Shown: positions 18,903 to 28,719 of the stretch, in pieces
Layout of the letters: each line of letters opens with the position of its first letter
How positions within the stretch are numbered: position 1 is the first letter of the stretch
Made by a program: the position numbers and the translations under genes
DNA from: Candidatus Fermentibacterota bacterium
GTDB taxonomy: Bacteria; Fermentibacterota; Fermentibacteria; Fermentibacterales; JCC-6
NCBI GenBank assembly: GCA_963845085.1
Contig: CAWJQI010000001.1
Location: 1 to 64,000 of the forward strand
Direction: 5' to 3'
Length of the DNA: 64,000 nucleotides
Notes under the pieces: generated by a model
Database searches by the model: none
Told to the model about the DNA's origin: nothing
Seen by the model: the letters and a program-made list of their open reading frames with translations, nothing else

Positions 18903-21900
18903 TCACTCCCGGGTCTTCTGGATGTAGGTTAGAAAGCGTGAGTCTGTGTCCGCCCAGAAAGGAATGCCCACCTCGACGTCGCGCAGGCTGCGCATCGGCG
19001 ATGGCCGCACCGCATCTCTAATGTTGGGCTCTTGACTGTTCCGAATAGACATGTACACAGTATCAAACTGTTCCTTCAGTGTGTGCTCCAGGGCGAGTTC
19101 CAGGCTCACGTCGTAAACATCGTCACCTAAAAAGAAGGCTTGACGTAATTCACCAAGGAAACCGTCACCGAGTTGGTCTAAAAGCAACGCCACCTCATTG
19201 CGCTTGTTTAGACCCGAGCGCCCGGATTGCGCGGCATGCTTGCCGTAGATCAACCCGATTGCAATGCCGGGCAGCGTCCTTTGTGCTGCGTATTTCGCAA
19301 ATCGGTTTACTGGTACTGGCGAGACCATGCGGTCTAAATGCTGGTGGTATTCGATGAAGCGGTGATAGATGCTGGCTGCCCGAAGGGAGAAACCAGATAG
19401 CACAACGATGACAACACCGAGGTGCTTCCGGCCACTGCGGCTCGACGCCTGGATGTACTCCGCAGTTTGCTCCGGTACGCCATCCATAGTCATCAGGTTC
19501 ACCCGCTCCAAGTCGACGCCGTGGCTAATCATGTTCGTCGCTACCAGAGCATCGAGAAACGACTCGTCTTCCCACCCTGGGGGGCTCTCGACCCGATGCA
19601 CGAGGTCCGCCACTTCAGCGCTGGTTGATCTGCTAGAGTGATACTCGATATTCATTTCGCGCGGTGTCATGGGTCGGATACTAGCAGCTTCGCTCTGAAG
19701 CACCTCGTGGACCCTCGAACCGCGCGCCAAGCTGCCTACGTAGTTCAGCGTGGTTGAGTAGTAAACGAGCAGAGAGCGAACATCCACATCATTCTTAGCG
19801 TCCTTCAGAAACCCCAGTGCCATCTGTGGTGAGTTGAACAGCCGCCCAATTTCTTCGTGGAGAATCTGTGTGCAGTAGGCTGATGCATCCGCAGGCGTCA
19901 TCGATGCACTCTTGAAAGCAACGAAAAACCGCGAGGTCTTGGGCTGACCCTGATCATCGAGGTCCGGCTCAGCGTAGAAGCTGCGTTGTTTGTCGTAGCC
20001 GCGGCCGGGAAAGCGGCGGGCGTCCTTCACGCCGTACAGATGGCGCACCTGGCGCTCAAAGCCCTCGATAGTAGCCGTGGCGGCGACCACTTTGGACGGC
20101 CGTCCACTCAGCTCACGCTCGCAGTAGCGGATGAGAGTCTCGTAGTGGCCGGCAAATGCGCCTAGCTCCTCCTGCAACAGGTGCAGCTCGTCCTGGATGT
20201 GAAGTGCGGGGGACGGGTCGTACGCCTTGACCTTGAGGCGCGTCTTCTTGTCAATCTTGCAGCCATAGGCCGAGCAGTACTTGCCGAAGGCGTAACCGTG
20301 GATCGGGCAGCGCCAATGCGCGCCGCCCCAAAGCATACCGAATTTGGGTTGCTGGCCCACCGAAGCTATTTTATCGATGGTTCCCACGACCAAAGCGGGC
20401 AGGTGCCGGTATATCTCGTCGTCTGAAACATCCAGCGGCAGCTCAGCCCCGCAATGGGTGCAGACATGCCGAAAGCGCAGTGCCGTCAAGTCTGTAAGGA
20501 CTTTGATAGTCCCGCGTCCCTCACAGGCTGGACAGTCAGGAACGATGCGCAGCCACTCCAGGCTGTCGTCGGTCGTGAACTTCTTCAGCTGCTCTTCTGA
20601 CAGGCTGTTGGGCGTTGTTGTGCTGCCGACAAAATAGCCCAGCCGGATGGGATCGGATTCGCCCTGCTTGTTGCCCAACAGCCGTTTGCGCTCCTGCTCC
20701 GTCTCCCAGATAACGCGCATCGCCCGCTGTAGCTGCTGGATACTGAGCATCCGCAGCGGAAAGCGCAGCCACGCGGTAACACCGAAGGCCTTGCCACGCA
20801 GCCTATCGTACAGCATGGCGCAGCAAGCAAGCCCCAAGTAAGCCTCTGTCTTGCCGCTGCCAGTGCGAAACCATAACACATCGCCCCAGTCGAGCACGTC
20901 CTCCCATTGTTGCCGCTGCCCCGCCGGGAACTCTCCTGATGTGATGCCTTGGCGAACTACAAGCGCCGGCAGTTGGGTGACGATGAACACGAGCTGGAAT
21001 AGGCGCCAGGAGTCGTAGCCCTTCGCCAACTTGCCGAAGACGCGATTGGCCGCCTTGAACGCGACCAACAATCGCTCGTCGGCTTTCAAGGCCGCCACGC
21101 CAGAGGCAAAACGGTCCATCTCTCCAAGAAAGCCCAGGTAGTCCTTCCTGCACTCGATAAGCGAGGTGGCATCCAGGCCTAACTCGTTTTGGCCGAGTAC
21201 GCGGCCCTTCCAGTCGTCGGCGTACGACACCATCGCTCGGTAGACGGTATCCAGCGTCGCGAATGGGTCGCTGGCTAACTGCCTAAAGGGCGCCTTAGGT
21301 AAGTCGCTGGTCAGGATGCGCACCTGTTCATAGACGGCCAAGGCACGGGTGGCAATCGACCCGGCCGCTTGGTCCACAACGGCGCTTGTGTTGTGACCCA
21401 CAGCCCAGACTCGACGGTCGTACTGGTAGTCCTGGGGGACTGGCAGAATCTCGATCGGGTGCAGGTGGCCGGCGATCAAATGGGCGTTCAACTCCGCATC
21501 GCCTATCGTGAGGAACGCGTCCTTCAGCCCCCGTCCTTTGATCGTCGTGAGCGTTTGCGGTGTATCGTTGCGTAGGTAACACCCCAGTCGAACCTTGCCG
21601 TCTGGCCTGGGAACGATCCTCACTTCGACCGACGCCATTAGTGACCACGTGTCAGGGTTGAGACCTTCCGTAATCGAACCGAGAAAGGCATCGAACGCAG
21701 TATCGTCCTTCAGGTACTCCGGCCGGTCAACTTTCGGTCGTGTTGCTGGCCACAGCCGCTCAACATCGGTCCGGCTGAAAGCGGCTTTCAGTGCGTTATC
21801 GACAGCCTGCTGCAGCTGTCTATCGTCCGAATAGGTCTTGCGCTCGTTAGACGGGAAGCGGAAGCGGATACCGTCAACACGCACTGGCCAGCGCTGCGTC

Positions 21901-22448
21901 ACTTCGGCCAGGGGTGCATTCTCTGAGGCGCCTGTATCGAGGACGCTGGTCTGCTCTTTCAGTGTGGGCAGATGCTTCGTAAACACGCAGCACATAGCTT
22001 GAACTTCGAGTTCAATAAAACCGTTTGCTTCCGGCTCCACGAGAATCTCGAAGCCGAGGGCCGATGGTGGCCGGCGGGTTCCCTCAGTATCATCCCCCTT
22101 GTCAGAGATAATTTTCGGCTCCTCATCGGCTGCTTTGGTATCGGCCGCAGTGTCGACAGAGGAACCTTTTGTGGACTGAGCTGCCTTCCCTGCTGCGGGC
22201 GTAAAAGTGCCAGCGCTCGGTGAAGTTTCGTCCAGTTCCGCTTCGAGCGTCGCCGCCTCGACCTGAACAGGCTCGAGTCCCTGCTTTACGGGTCCTAACA
22301 CGCCCAGATGGCACCAGTCTAGTGGGTGCATATGCGTACGCCGGTCCGCATCACGGCCGGCCAGCTTCTCCTCAAGTGCCCTGATGAAGTACCTGGTCAG
22401 CTCCAGCTCATCGCGGTAAGTCGGCGCGTACTCGGTAGAGCCGGTCAT
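18903..22448 (-). CDS. DISARM DrmA-like SF2 helicase
   Basis: WFRTGSGKTEAY, PLRMLSIQQLQR, IQDELHLLQEELG, ATATI, ATNMISHGVD, YIQASSRSGR. Confidence 0.85.
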   Translation of the reverse strand: MTGSTEYAPTYRDELELTRYFIRALEEKLAGRDADRRTHMHPLDWCHLGVLGPVKQGLEPVQVEAATLEAELDETSPSAGTFTPAAGKAAQSTKGSSVDTAADTKAADEEPKIISDKGDDTEGTRRPPSALGFEILVEPEANGFIELEVQAMCCVFTKHLPTLKEQTSVLDTGASENAPLAEVTQRWPVRVDGIRFRFPSNERKTYSDDRQLQQAVDNALKAAFSRTDVERLWPATRPKVDRPEYLKDDTAFDAFLGSITEGLNPDTWSLMASVEVRIVPRPDGKVRLGCYLRNDTPQTLTTIKGRGLKDAFLTIGDAELNAHLIAGHLHPIEILPVPQDYQYDRRVWAVGHNTSAVVDQAAGSIATRALAVYEQVRILTSDLPKAPFRQLASDPFATLDTVYRAMVSYADDWKGRVLGQNELGLDATSLIECRKDYLGFLGEMDRFASGVAALKADERLLVAFKAANRVFGKLAKGYDSWRLFQLVFIVTQLPALVVRQGITSGEFPAGQRQQWEDVLDWGDVLWFRTGSGKTEAYLGLACCAMLYDRLRGKAFGVTAWLRFPLRMLSIQQLQRAMRVIWETEQERKRLLGNKQGESDPIRLGYFVGSTTTPNSLSEEQLKKFTTDDSLEWLRIVPDCPACEGRGTIKVLTDLTALRFRHVCTHCGAELPLDVSDDEIYRHLPALVVGTIDKIASVGQQPKFGMLWGGAHWRCPIHGYAFGKYCSAYGCKIDKKTRLKVKAYDPSPALHIQDELHLLQEELGAFAGHYETLIRYCERELSGRPSKVVAATATIEGFERQVRHLYGVKDARRFPGRGYDKQRSFYAEPDLDDQGQPKTSRFFVAFKSASMTPADASAYCTQILHEEIGRLFNSPQMALGFLKDAKNDVDVRSLLVYYSTTLNYVGSLARGSRVHEVLQSEAASIRPMTPREMNIEYHSSRSTSAEVADLVHRVESPPGWEDESFLDALVATNMISHGVDLERVNLMTMDGVPEQTAEYIQASSRSGRKHLGVVIVVLSGFSLRAASIYHRFIEYHQHLDRMVSPVPVNRFAKYAAQRTLPGIAIGLIYGKHAAQSGRSGLNKRNEVALLLDQLGDGFLGELRQAFFLGDDVYDVSLELALEHTLKEQFDTVYMSIRNSQEPNIRDAVRPSPMRSLRDVEVGIPFWADTDSRFLTYIQKTRE

Positions 22449-24793
22449 TATGGACTCCTCGGGATAGCCTTGATACTGGCTACGTCTAGCACTTCAACCG
22501 CGGCGAGCACGTCACCCAGGCCTGCGTCTAGGAAACGAGCGCTTTCCAGTGCATCATCATAGCCCTCACCGGAAACCACGGCGCGAAGAAAGGCGCACAG
22601 GTGGCGACCCGATACTCGGTTCCGGCCGCGTGCCTTCTGAATGCTCCTAAAGGTCTGTTTTATCAATTTTTCGGACGGATACACGCCAGAAGCTTTTGCC
22701 AGCTCTGCAAACTCGGCGAAGTGTTGCGGCGCTAAGACACCCTCATCGCCTTCGCGAAGCCAAGTCAGCAGCGCTTCATATGTAGCGTCGAGTCCTTGTG
22801 TACGCAGTCTTTCGTGAAGCTGGCGTTTGTTGGGGTACTTCTCATTGAGTTTCTGTTTGGCAGCTACCCAGAGTTCCATCGCAATGCGCTCTTTTAAGGG
22901 CAGTTGGGCTTCGACCACCTCGGTCAGCCGGTGAAACAGACTATCGTATTGTCCGTCGACGAAAGAGATAACGTGCCAACCGGGTTGTAGTTCGCCCACG
23001 GGTTTACGTTCGACTTGTCCCGTTGCGGTGAAATACACATCGATGTTGTGCTTGGCCGGAAAGCGGAGCGTGATTCCCTGACGGAACGTGACTTCAACGA
23101 CCTCACCTGTTTCAGGACTAGGTTCGAGGTTGTCGTCCGTAGGAGACGAAACGTGCAAGTCTTTATCTGAATATTGCTGTGTAAGCAACGCCGAGAGGTC
23201 GAGTAGGCTTGCCGTTTCGGAATACCGGGTCAACTCGACGGAACGGCCGGATTCTGCTCCAAGCACCTGAAGGTCTGGCCACCTTGCTGATGGCGAATCC
23301 TTTTCCACGGCAGAAGCCGGTAGCCGCAATCCGAGTTTGGCGAGGAACTCGATACGAGATGCGCTGCTACCCAATTCTGCAGCCATTGTTAAAAGACGTT
23401 GGTGAGCCGCCTTCTCGATAGCTGCCTCGAACGGATAGACGAAAACCTCGACCGGTTCTGACGGAAAAAGGTCCAAGTGACGGGAAGCCGAAGTTCTTGG
23501 ACCGAGTAACAAGGTGTGGCAGACGAATCCATCGGCCACGATGCGGGCTTCTTGCGAGGGAGTGACGATATCGACACGCCCTTCGGCGATGTTGTCGTCA
23601 ACCCCATCGATGATGTCAACCAGATGCCGACGTACCAACTCGAGCTCGGTTTCCGACCCGACGACAACGCGAACCACGGTCACTCTGTCCTTCAGTAATT
23701 GCTCCAGGCGGGTGGCAAGCGCCCAAAATTTCGCTGTCTCTTGACGTTTAAGGAAGATGGTGTACGTTGCCCGTACTGTCTCACAGAGGTCCGGCCATGT
23801 CGAGTCCCACACCGGATTGCCATAGCCTTGAATCGACGACAGCGATTCGATGCGCCGTCGGAGCGTCCCCATCCAAGTGCCAGAGGCAGCCTCCTCCATC
23901 TCAGTCAGCGGTACTACGAGGTTGCGCAGTCGCATATAGACGGACCAAACCATTTGAAATCCGGGATAGCTACGGCCCTCGGTCTGTTTCAGGATGCCGA
24001 TCAGGTGTTGATACAGATTTTCCAGCGCATTGGCCGCTTCCGCGTCATCTTCGCACACCCAAAGCGTCTTGGTGCCGAAAACTGGCGGCTTAGGCATTTC
24101 TTTTCCCAATACGCGTTCTGCGTCAGCTTTGGCCTGTGGATCCCAGAGCCACACAACAACCCGATCTGGGTAACCACACGCGGTCAAGGTTGGCTGGCTT
24201 AGCGGTGGAGTGACCGAAATGCGTATCGCGCTGTAGCCAATCGCCGCTTTAAGTAGGTCGGAAAAGCGACTGAGCGTCCGCGGGTGCGTGGCATCAATGA
24301 TCACCGCGCCAAACTTGCGCCCATCGGTCATCTTCATCGCCCAACCCGGATTGGCCAGAAAGACCCGTGGCATTTGTGACTGTGTCGAGGTGTAGCGGGA
24401 TAGCGGCACGACGTCCCAGAGTTTCCGTAGACGCTGGTTGCCAATCGACAGGTTTTCGAACTCGCTCTTAATCTTTGAGACGAACGGTGTAACTATGAGT
24501 AAGTCCCCTTTGAAAAGGGGTCGCACCTCAATCTCTGGCAGCCAGTCCACTCCGTTGCTATGGGCGTGGTTGCCTACCAATAACGCGGAGCTAATATGCA
24601 GCACAGTCGATGCCGTCGCCTCTGGCACCATAAAAACAAGTGTCTTGTCCGAGGCACTGAGGTTTAGTGCTGTCCTTACAGTGATGGCCCCACTAAGCTT
24701 TTCGAATGCTCGTGCTCCGGCCAGGAGCACAGGGCGATCTAGCAGCGCGTGCGTAACGGGCTGATCCGAGCATTGAAAGGCACTTACCCACAT
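22448..24793 (-). CDS. DrmE-like protein (degenerate helicase-like fold)
   Basis: 781 aa, 1-nt overlap with the drmA-like gene; size and position match drmE; C-terminal KPVGELQPG motif; no intact Walker A seen. Confidence 0.55.
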   Translation of the reverse strand: MWVSAFQCSDQPVTHALLDRPVLLAGARAFEKLSGAITVRTALNLSASDKTLVFMVPEATASTVLHISSALLVGNHAHSNGVDWLPEIEVRPLFKGDLLIVTPFVSKIKSEFENLSIGNQRLRKLWDVVPLSRYTSTQSQMPRVFLANPGWAMKMTDGRKFGAVIIDATHPRTLSRFSDLLKAAIGYSAIRISVTPPLSQPTLTACGYPDRVVVWLWDPQAKADAERVLGKEMPKPPVFGTKTLWVCEDDAEAANALENLYQHLIGILKQTEGRSYPGFQMVWSVYMRLRNLVVPLTEMEEAASGTWMGTLRRRIESLSSIQGYGNPVWDSTWPDLCETVRATYTIFLKRQETAKFWALATRLEQLLKDRVTVVRVVVGSETELELVRRHLVDIIDGVDDNIAEGRVDIVTPSQEARIVADGFVCHTLLLGPRTSASRHLDLFPSEPVEVFVYPFEAAIEKAAHQRLLTMAAELGSSASRIEFLAKLGLRLPASAVEKDSPSARWPDLQVLGAESGRSVELTRYSETASLLDLSALLTQQYSDKDLHVSSPTDDNLEPSPETGEVVEVTFRQGITLRFPAKHNIDVYFTATGQVERKPVGELQPGWHVISFVDGQYDSLFHRLTEVVEAQLPLKERIAMELWVAAKQKLNEKYPNKRQLHERLRTQGLDATYEALLTWLREGDEGVLAPQHFAEFAELAKASGVYPSEKLIKQTFRSIQKARGRNRVSGRHLCAFLRAVVSGEGYDDALESARFLDAGLGDVLAAVEVLDVASIKAIPRSP

Positions 24794-24796
24794 TAG

Positions 24797-26701
24797 TTAG
24801 CCAATCATGTGATGGCGTTCCCCAAGGCTCGCCAGATGATGTTTATAGAGATCCTTAAGGCTAGGAATCGTTTCATCGCGTACGAACTCGGCAAGGGCAT
24901 AACCCATAGCGGCCAGATTGCGTTCCGTTGCTGTATTCGGCACAACGGTGAGGTGGACAAATGCGTCTTTCTTCTCCGTCACCGGCAGACATTCGATTAC
25001 TAGGTCATGCAGCATGGCCTCAACGGAGCGCTTGCAGTGGTCCGTTGCGTTCTCGGCCAGGACAATGGCGAGGGCTTCGACAGCAAATCCGGCTTTGCGA
25101 AGAGCACCAGCGAGCGCGCACCATGCCGCAAGCTTCTTGTTGTGGAAGGTTAGCACAAGGCGACCGCCGCAGCGCAAGGTGCGACGGCTTTCCACCAGGC
25201 ATGCGGCGATTATGTCTTCGTAGTTCTGTGGCGTTGTACCACGATGGCAATTCGGCACCGCCTCGTCTGCCCCATCGACCGTGATCTGTGGCCAGTACAC
25301 CTTCATCCAGGCATGAAACGGGTGGGTCAGTTCGCCATACTGGACGTCGTCGTAGTATGGCGGATCAGTGATAACGATGTTTACGGAGCTCGCTGGTAAT
25401 GTCTGCAAACGGCTGCTGCCAGTGGTTACCAAGACATCCCAATCCGAAGTTCGACGGACCCGACCCGTCGATACTTGCGTGCGTACCCGCGGATAATGGG
25501 GACTGTCCTCGACCAGACTGTCGAGGACGATTGCCGCCGCCTGCAGACGATTCGGAATGGTGCCACGGCCCAACGGCGAGAGCAAATTCGTTTCGACCAC
25601 TATGTTCGAGTGTGCAAAGCGATGGTTGGCCATTGCCTCGAAGGCTTTCAGATGGAAACGGTCCCAGCGGCTTAAAAAGGCGGGCATCTCAACGGCACCG
25701 AGGACCGCAAAGGCGAGACGGTTCTTCACCGTACGGGATACTCGTAATTGCTTGATGCTCTGGATGGCTTCGAGCAGCATTTGCGCTTGGCGAGTCGAGT
25801 ACAGGTCCCCCCAGCATGAAAATCCCGCATTGAGCAAGCGACGCGTTTCGATGCCCGGCGGGATGGGCTGGGCCAAAGCTGGGTGCGCATTGCCAGCAGA
25901 CAGGGAGTCGACTGGATCGCCTGATTGAACCGTCCGCAGTCGTGGCCGAAGAACGTTACCATCGACAACCAGTTCTTGCACCAGGACTGGATGCCAGAGG
26001 GACGTTCTTCTTAGGTTTGCGCTGCTACAGTGGGCACAACTCGCCAAGGTTTGGTTGGCTACAGTCCGCGTGTTACACTGATCGCAGGTGAACGACTGTG
26101 CATCGCGTAGACGCCGGCTTACAGCTCCACAGACTGAACAGCCGAAAAAGGCGTGCTTGTTGCCGAGACTTCGACTTTCCAACGAAAGCATAGGGCTGGC
26201 GAACAGGAAGCTGCGCTTGCCACAGTCGGCGCAATCGGCGCTGCGCACCCGGAGGATGTGGCAGATTTCTGTGCCTTGGTCGGTCATATAGGTTTTTCGC
26301 AGATGTGCAAGTGCGTCGAGTAACTGCCGAGTGGCCTGATTCAGTTTCTGAGGGTCGCAGTGGCTAACAGCGACGCCTAGACCTATCGATGGCCAGGCGT
26401 GGATGTCCTGTGCGTAGACTTTGACTCCACGCCGAATTGCTTCGAAGGTGACGGTGCCACCACCGCTAAATGGGTCCGCCACAGCGACACCCTGCCCATA
26501 CTCTTCGATTGCAGCATCAAGGATGGCGCCCATGACGCTATGTGGTCGCCGTGCCCACCATCGGAAGGCTGACACGAATGGGGCGGAGCGTTCTCGGTTT
26601 TTAAGTTCATGGGCCACAGATTGTTCAAGCTTGCTCCACGCGACCCGCTGGAGTACCGCCGAGTTGCCGTCAAGAATCATTCCCTGTCGAGTCGAGGTCA
26701 T
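24797..26701 (-). CDS. DUF1156-like amino (N6A/N4C) DNA methyltransferase with Zn ribbons
   Basis: WWARRP, DPFSGGGT (motif I), CxxC repeats, ITDPPYYDDVQY (motif IV), LVLTFHNK. Confidence 0.8.
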   Translation of the reverse strand: MTSTRQGMILDGNSAVLQRVAWSKLEQSVAHELKNRERSAPFVSAFRWWARRPHSVMGAILDAAIEEYGQGVAVADPFSGGGTVTFEAIRRGVKVYAQDIHAWPSIGLGVAVSHCDPQKLNQATRQLLDALAHLRKTYMTDQGTEICHILRVRSADCADCGKRSFLFASPMLSLESRSLGNKHAFFGCSVCGAVSRRLRDAQSFTCDQCNTRTVANQTLASCAHCSSANLRRTSLWHPVLVQELVVDGNVLRPRLRTVQSGDPVDSLSAGNAHPALAQPIPPGIETRRLLNAGFSCWGDLYSTRQAQMLLEAIQSIKQLRVSRTVKNRLAFAVLGAVEMPAFLSRWDRFHLKAFEAMANHRFAHSNIVVETNLLSPLGRGTIPNRLQAAAIVLDSLVEDSPHYPRVRTQVSTGRVRRTSDWDVLVTTGSSRLQTLPASSVNIVITDPPYYDDVQYGELTHPFHAWMKVYWPQITVDGADEAVPNCHRGTTPQNYEDIIAACLVESRRTLRCGGRLVLTFHNKKLAAWCALAGALRKAGFAVEALAIVLAENATDHCKRSVEAMLHDLVIECLPVTEKKDAFVHLTVVPNTATERNLAAMGYALAEFVRDETIPSLKDLYKHHLASLGERHHMIG

Positions 26702-27149
26702 AGCGTGTGTTCGCCAATTCTGGTTTCACGGGTCTTTGCTTTCGGTCGTGACCAGCGTACTTCCCGCGGGACCCAATGAATGTTGAGCATCCCAAACATG
26801 TCAGGGTCTTCCGGGCTGGAGCAACTCTCTCGCTCAGTGGGAATGAGGGGGATCATAGTATCGCCAAGCCAAAAGCGATTGATTTCTGCTGAGCGTTTAA
26901 CTCCATGGCAAGTACTTTCACAACCGTACCCTCCGAAAGAGTTCGTCAATAACAAGTAACTGGAACATAGCCTATGGTGTTGGATGAAGCTACCCTTTGA
27001 GTCCGAAAACTGATTGTGGTCTCCTCTATTGCCTCCATCTATGTTGTTGCTTACCTTTACTGCTTGAATCAGCGGCAAGCCGGGACACCCTCTTCAACGT
27101 AACAGGAATTGAAGGGCAATGCCCGGTGTTCCATGAGGGAGTCGGCGCT

Positions 27150-27245
27150 ATGCCAAAACAAACCAACGGGGCGAATCTCGGTTTTGAAGGGGAACTCTGG
27201 AGGGCTGCGGACCTCCTCCGCTCCAAAATGGACACTGCTAATAAA
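27150..27245 (+). pseudogene. hsdM: Type I HsdM extreme N-terminal fragment
   Basis: MPKQTNGANLGFEGELWRAADLLRSKMD with a GAGGGAG ribosome-binding site, then the similarity stops. Confidence 0.75.
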
Positions 27246-27256
27246 AGCTCCTTTGT

Positions 27257-28558
27257 ATGGCATGTGTGTTTGTGATTCTTTCGGTGCAACCCTCAGGTAA
27301 GAAAGCTGTGAAGAGGATGACAGAGTCTAGCTCATGTACACTTTTACAGAATGAGATCGTGAAACACTCCTTTGTACACGACATTCCGTGTATCTCGTGC
27401 AATCTCTTCGTCATTGATAGCATCAAGACCACGCTTGACCGAATCCGGTCCAAAGCACCTGAGGACTACGATCGATTGGTCGTCCAGGTTATAGCCTTCG
27501 TTGTCTGTGAAATGGAAGAAGAGAACACCAATGGCATGTGGATGCGCCTTAGGCGTTGCGAAGATTTCAGAAGAACAGCGGGACTCGCTTTCTTAGCATC
27601 TCCCGGTTTGGTTCTACTTCGCAAGGGTTTTCAAACTGAGGAACTCGTAGCCCTTATAGCCCATGAGCTTGGCCATGCTGCAACAGTCTACGCTGATTAT
27701 ATGAGGCGTGGACCAGTGTCTGAAGAATGGCAATGGGAGTTGGCCGCGGCTTGGTACGCATATAAGTGGGGATTTGGCCGTGAGATAGCGAGACATCGAA
27801 AGAACCGAGACTGGGGACACCATTACGCCGGGCCTGGGAAGATAGTATTAGAATTCTCTCCTAGAGATGTTTACTGCTATAAAGTCACAAGGAACTTCGT
27901 CGCTCGATTGGTTTGGATCAAAGAGGGTTACTCTACTATAAACTGGAGTAAGCTCGAGCATTCAGTTCGTGCTTACCTTAATCCCGACGAGCCGATTGTT
28001 ATCGATCTTCTCCCCTTGGGACTTGAGGAAGCAACTCTAGTTGGTGATTGTAGTCATGGCATGAGCTTCTGGATGCTTGACCAAGATAGAGGAACCGAAG
28101 ATGGGCAGTTCTTCGCATGTAGGGTAAAGGACCTTGGTGAATGTTCCAAGCATTTGTGCCCCACGCAGTATCCCTTGCGCAAGCCGCAGGTTGAACAGCC
28201 CGGCAGCGAAATCCTCGGAGCCAGCGTATCAATCAGGCTGAAGGATTCCGAGTATCCTGCTATAGGGGAGTACCTTCTCGTCCTCCACAGAAATGTGCTT
28301 GTGGGAAAACAAAAAGGTTCCGGGGCATGTTCGGTTGTCTTGACCTGGGTCAATGCGGAAACAGGCAGCATTTGCCAAGAGGAAATCTATTCGAGTGAAG
28401 CCTGGTTAGCTGAGGATGGAGTCCTTGTCGCGGCATATGCCGAGATCGTGGAGACGGTAGAGGGGAATGGCGTCAGGCTCAGACTACACTCTCCAGTACC
28501 GCAACAAGATGGTACCGATAGCGTTCAGGTGTACTATCCTCCGGAAAAGGTAGTGTAG
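27257..28558 (+). CDS. Hypothetical protein with an HExxH zinc-metallopeptidase motif (start uncertain)
   Basis: LIAHELGHAA followed by WQWELAAAWYA. Confidence 0.55.
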   Translation: MACVFVILSVQPSGKKAVKRMTESSSCTLLQNEIVKHSFVHDIPCISCNLFVIDSIKTTLDRIRSKAPEDYDRLVVQVIAFVVCEMEEENTNGMWMRLRRCEDFRRTAGLAFLASPGLVLLRKGFQTEELVALIAHELGHAATVYADYMRRGPVSEEWQWELAAAWYAYKWGFGREIARHRKNRDWGHHYAGPGKIVLEFSPRDVYCYKVTRNFVARLVWIKEGYSTINWSKLEHSVRAYLNPDEPIVIDLLPLGLEEATLVGDCSHGMSFWMLDQDRGTEDGQFFACRVKDLGECSKHLCPTQYPLRKPQVEQPGSEILGASVSIRLKDSEYPAIGEYLLVLHRNVLVGKQKGSGACSVVLTWVNAETGSICQEEIYSSEAWLAEDGVLVAAYAEIVETVEGNGVRLRLHSPVPQQDGTDSVQVYYPPEKVV

Positions 28559-28719
28559 GTGATGCCCCTTCTCCAAAGAGTTGGGCAAAATCATGCAAAG
28601 GCAAACACCTTCATGAGCGGTTATCATCTTATACTACGATTGGGAGTAGCTTCTGGGAGCAGGAAGTGGGAGTGTTTAACCGAAACCTCCGGAACAACTG
28701 AGGGACTGTCGAAAAGCTT

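Noticed and set aside
26698..27078. 126 aa ORF upstream of the methylase as a regulator
   Set aside because: No HTH/WYL or other motif and atypical composition; more likely the promoter region
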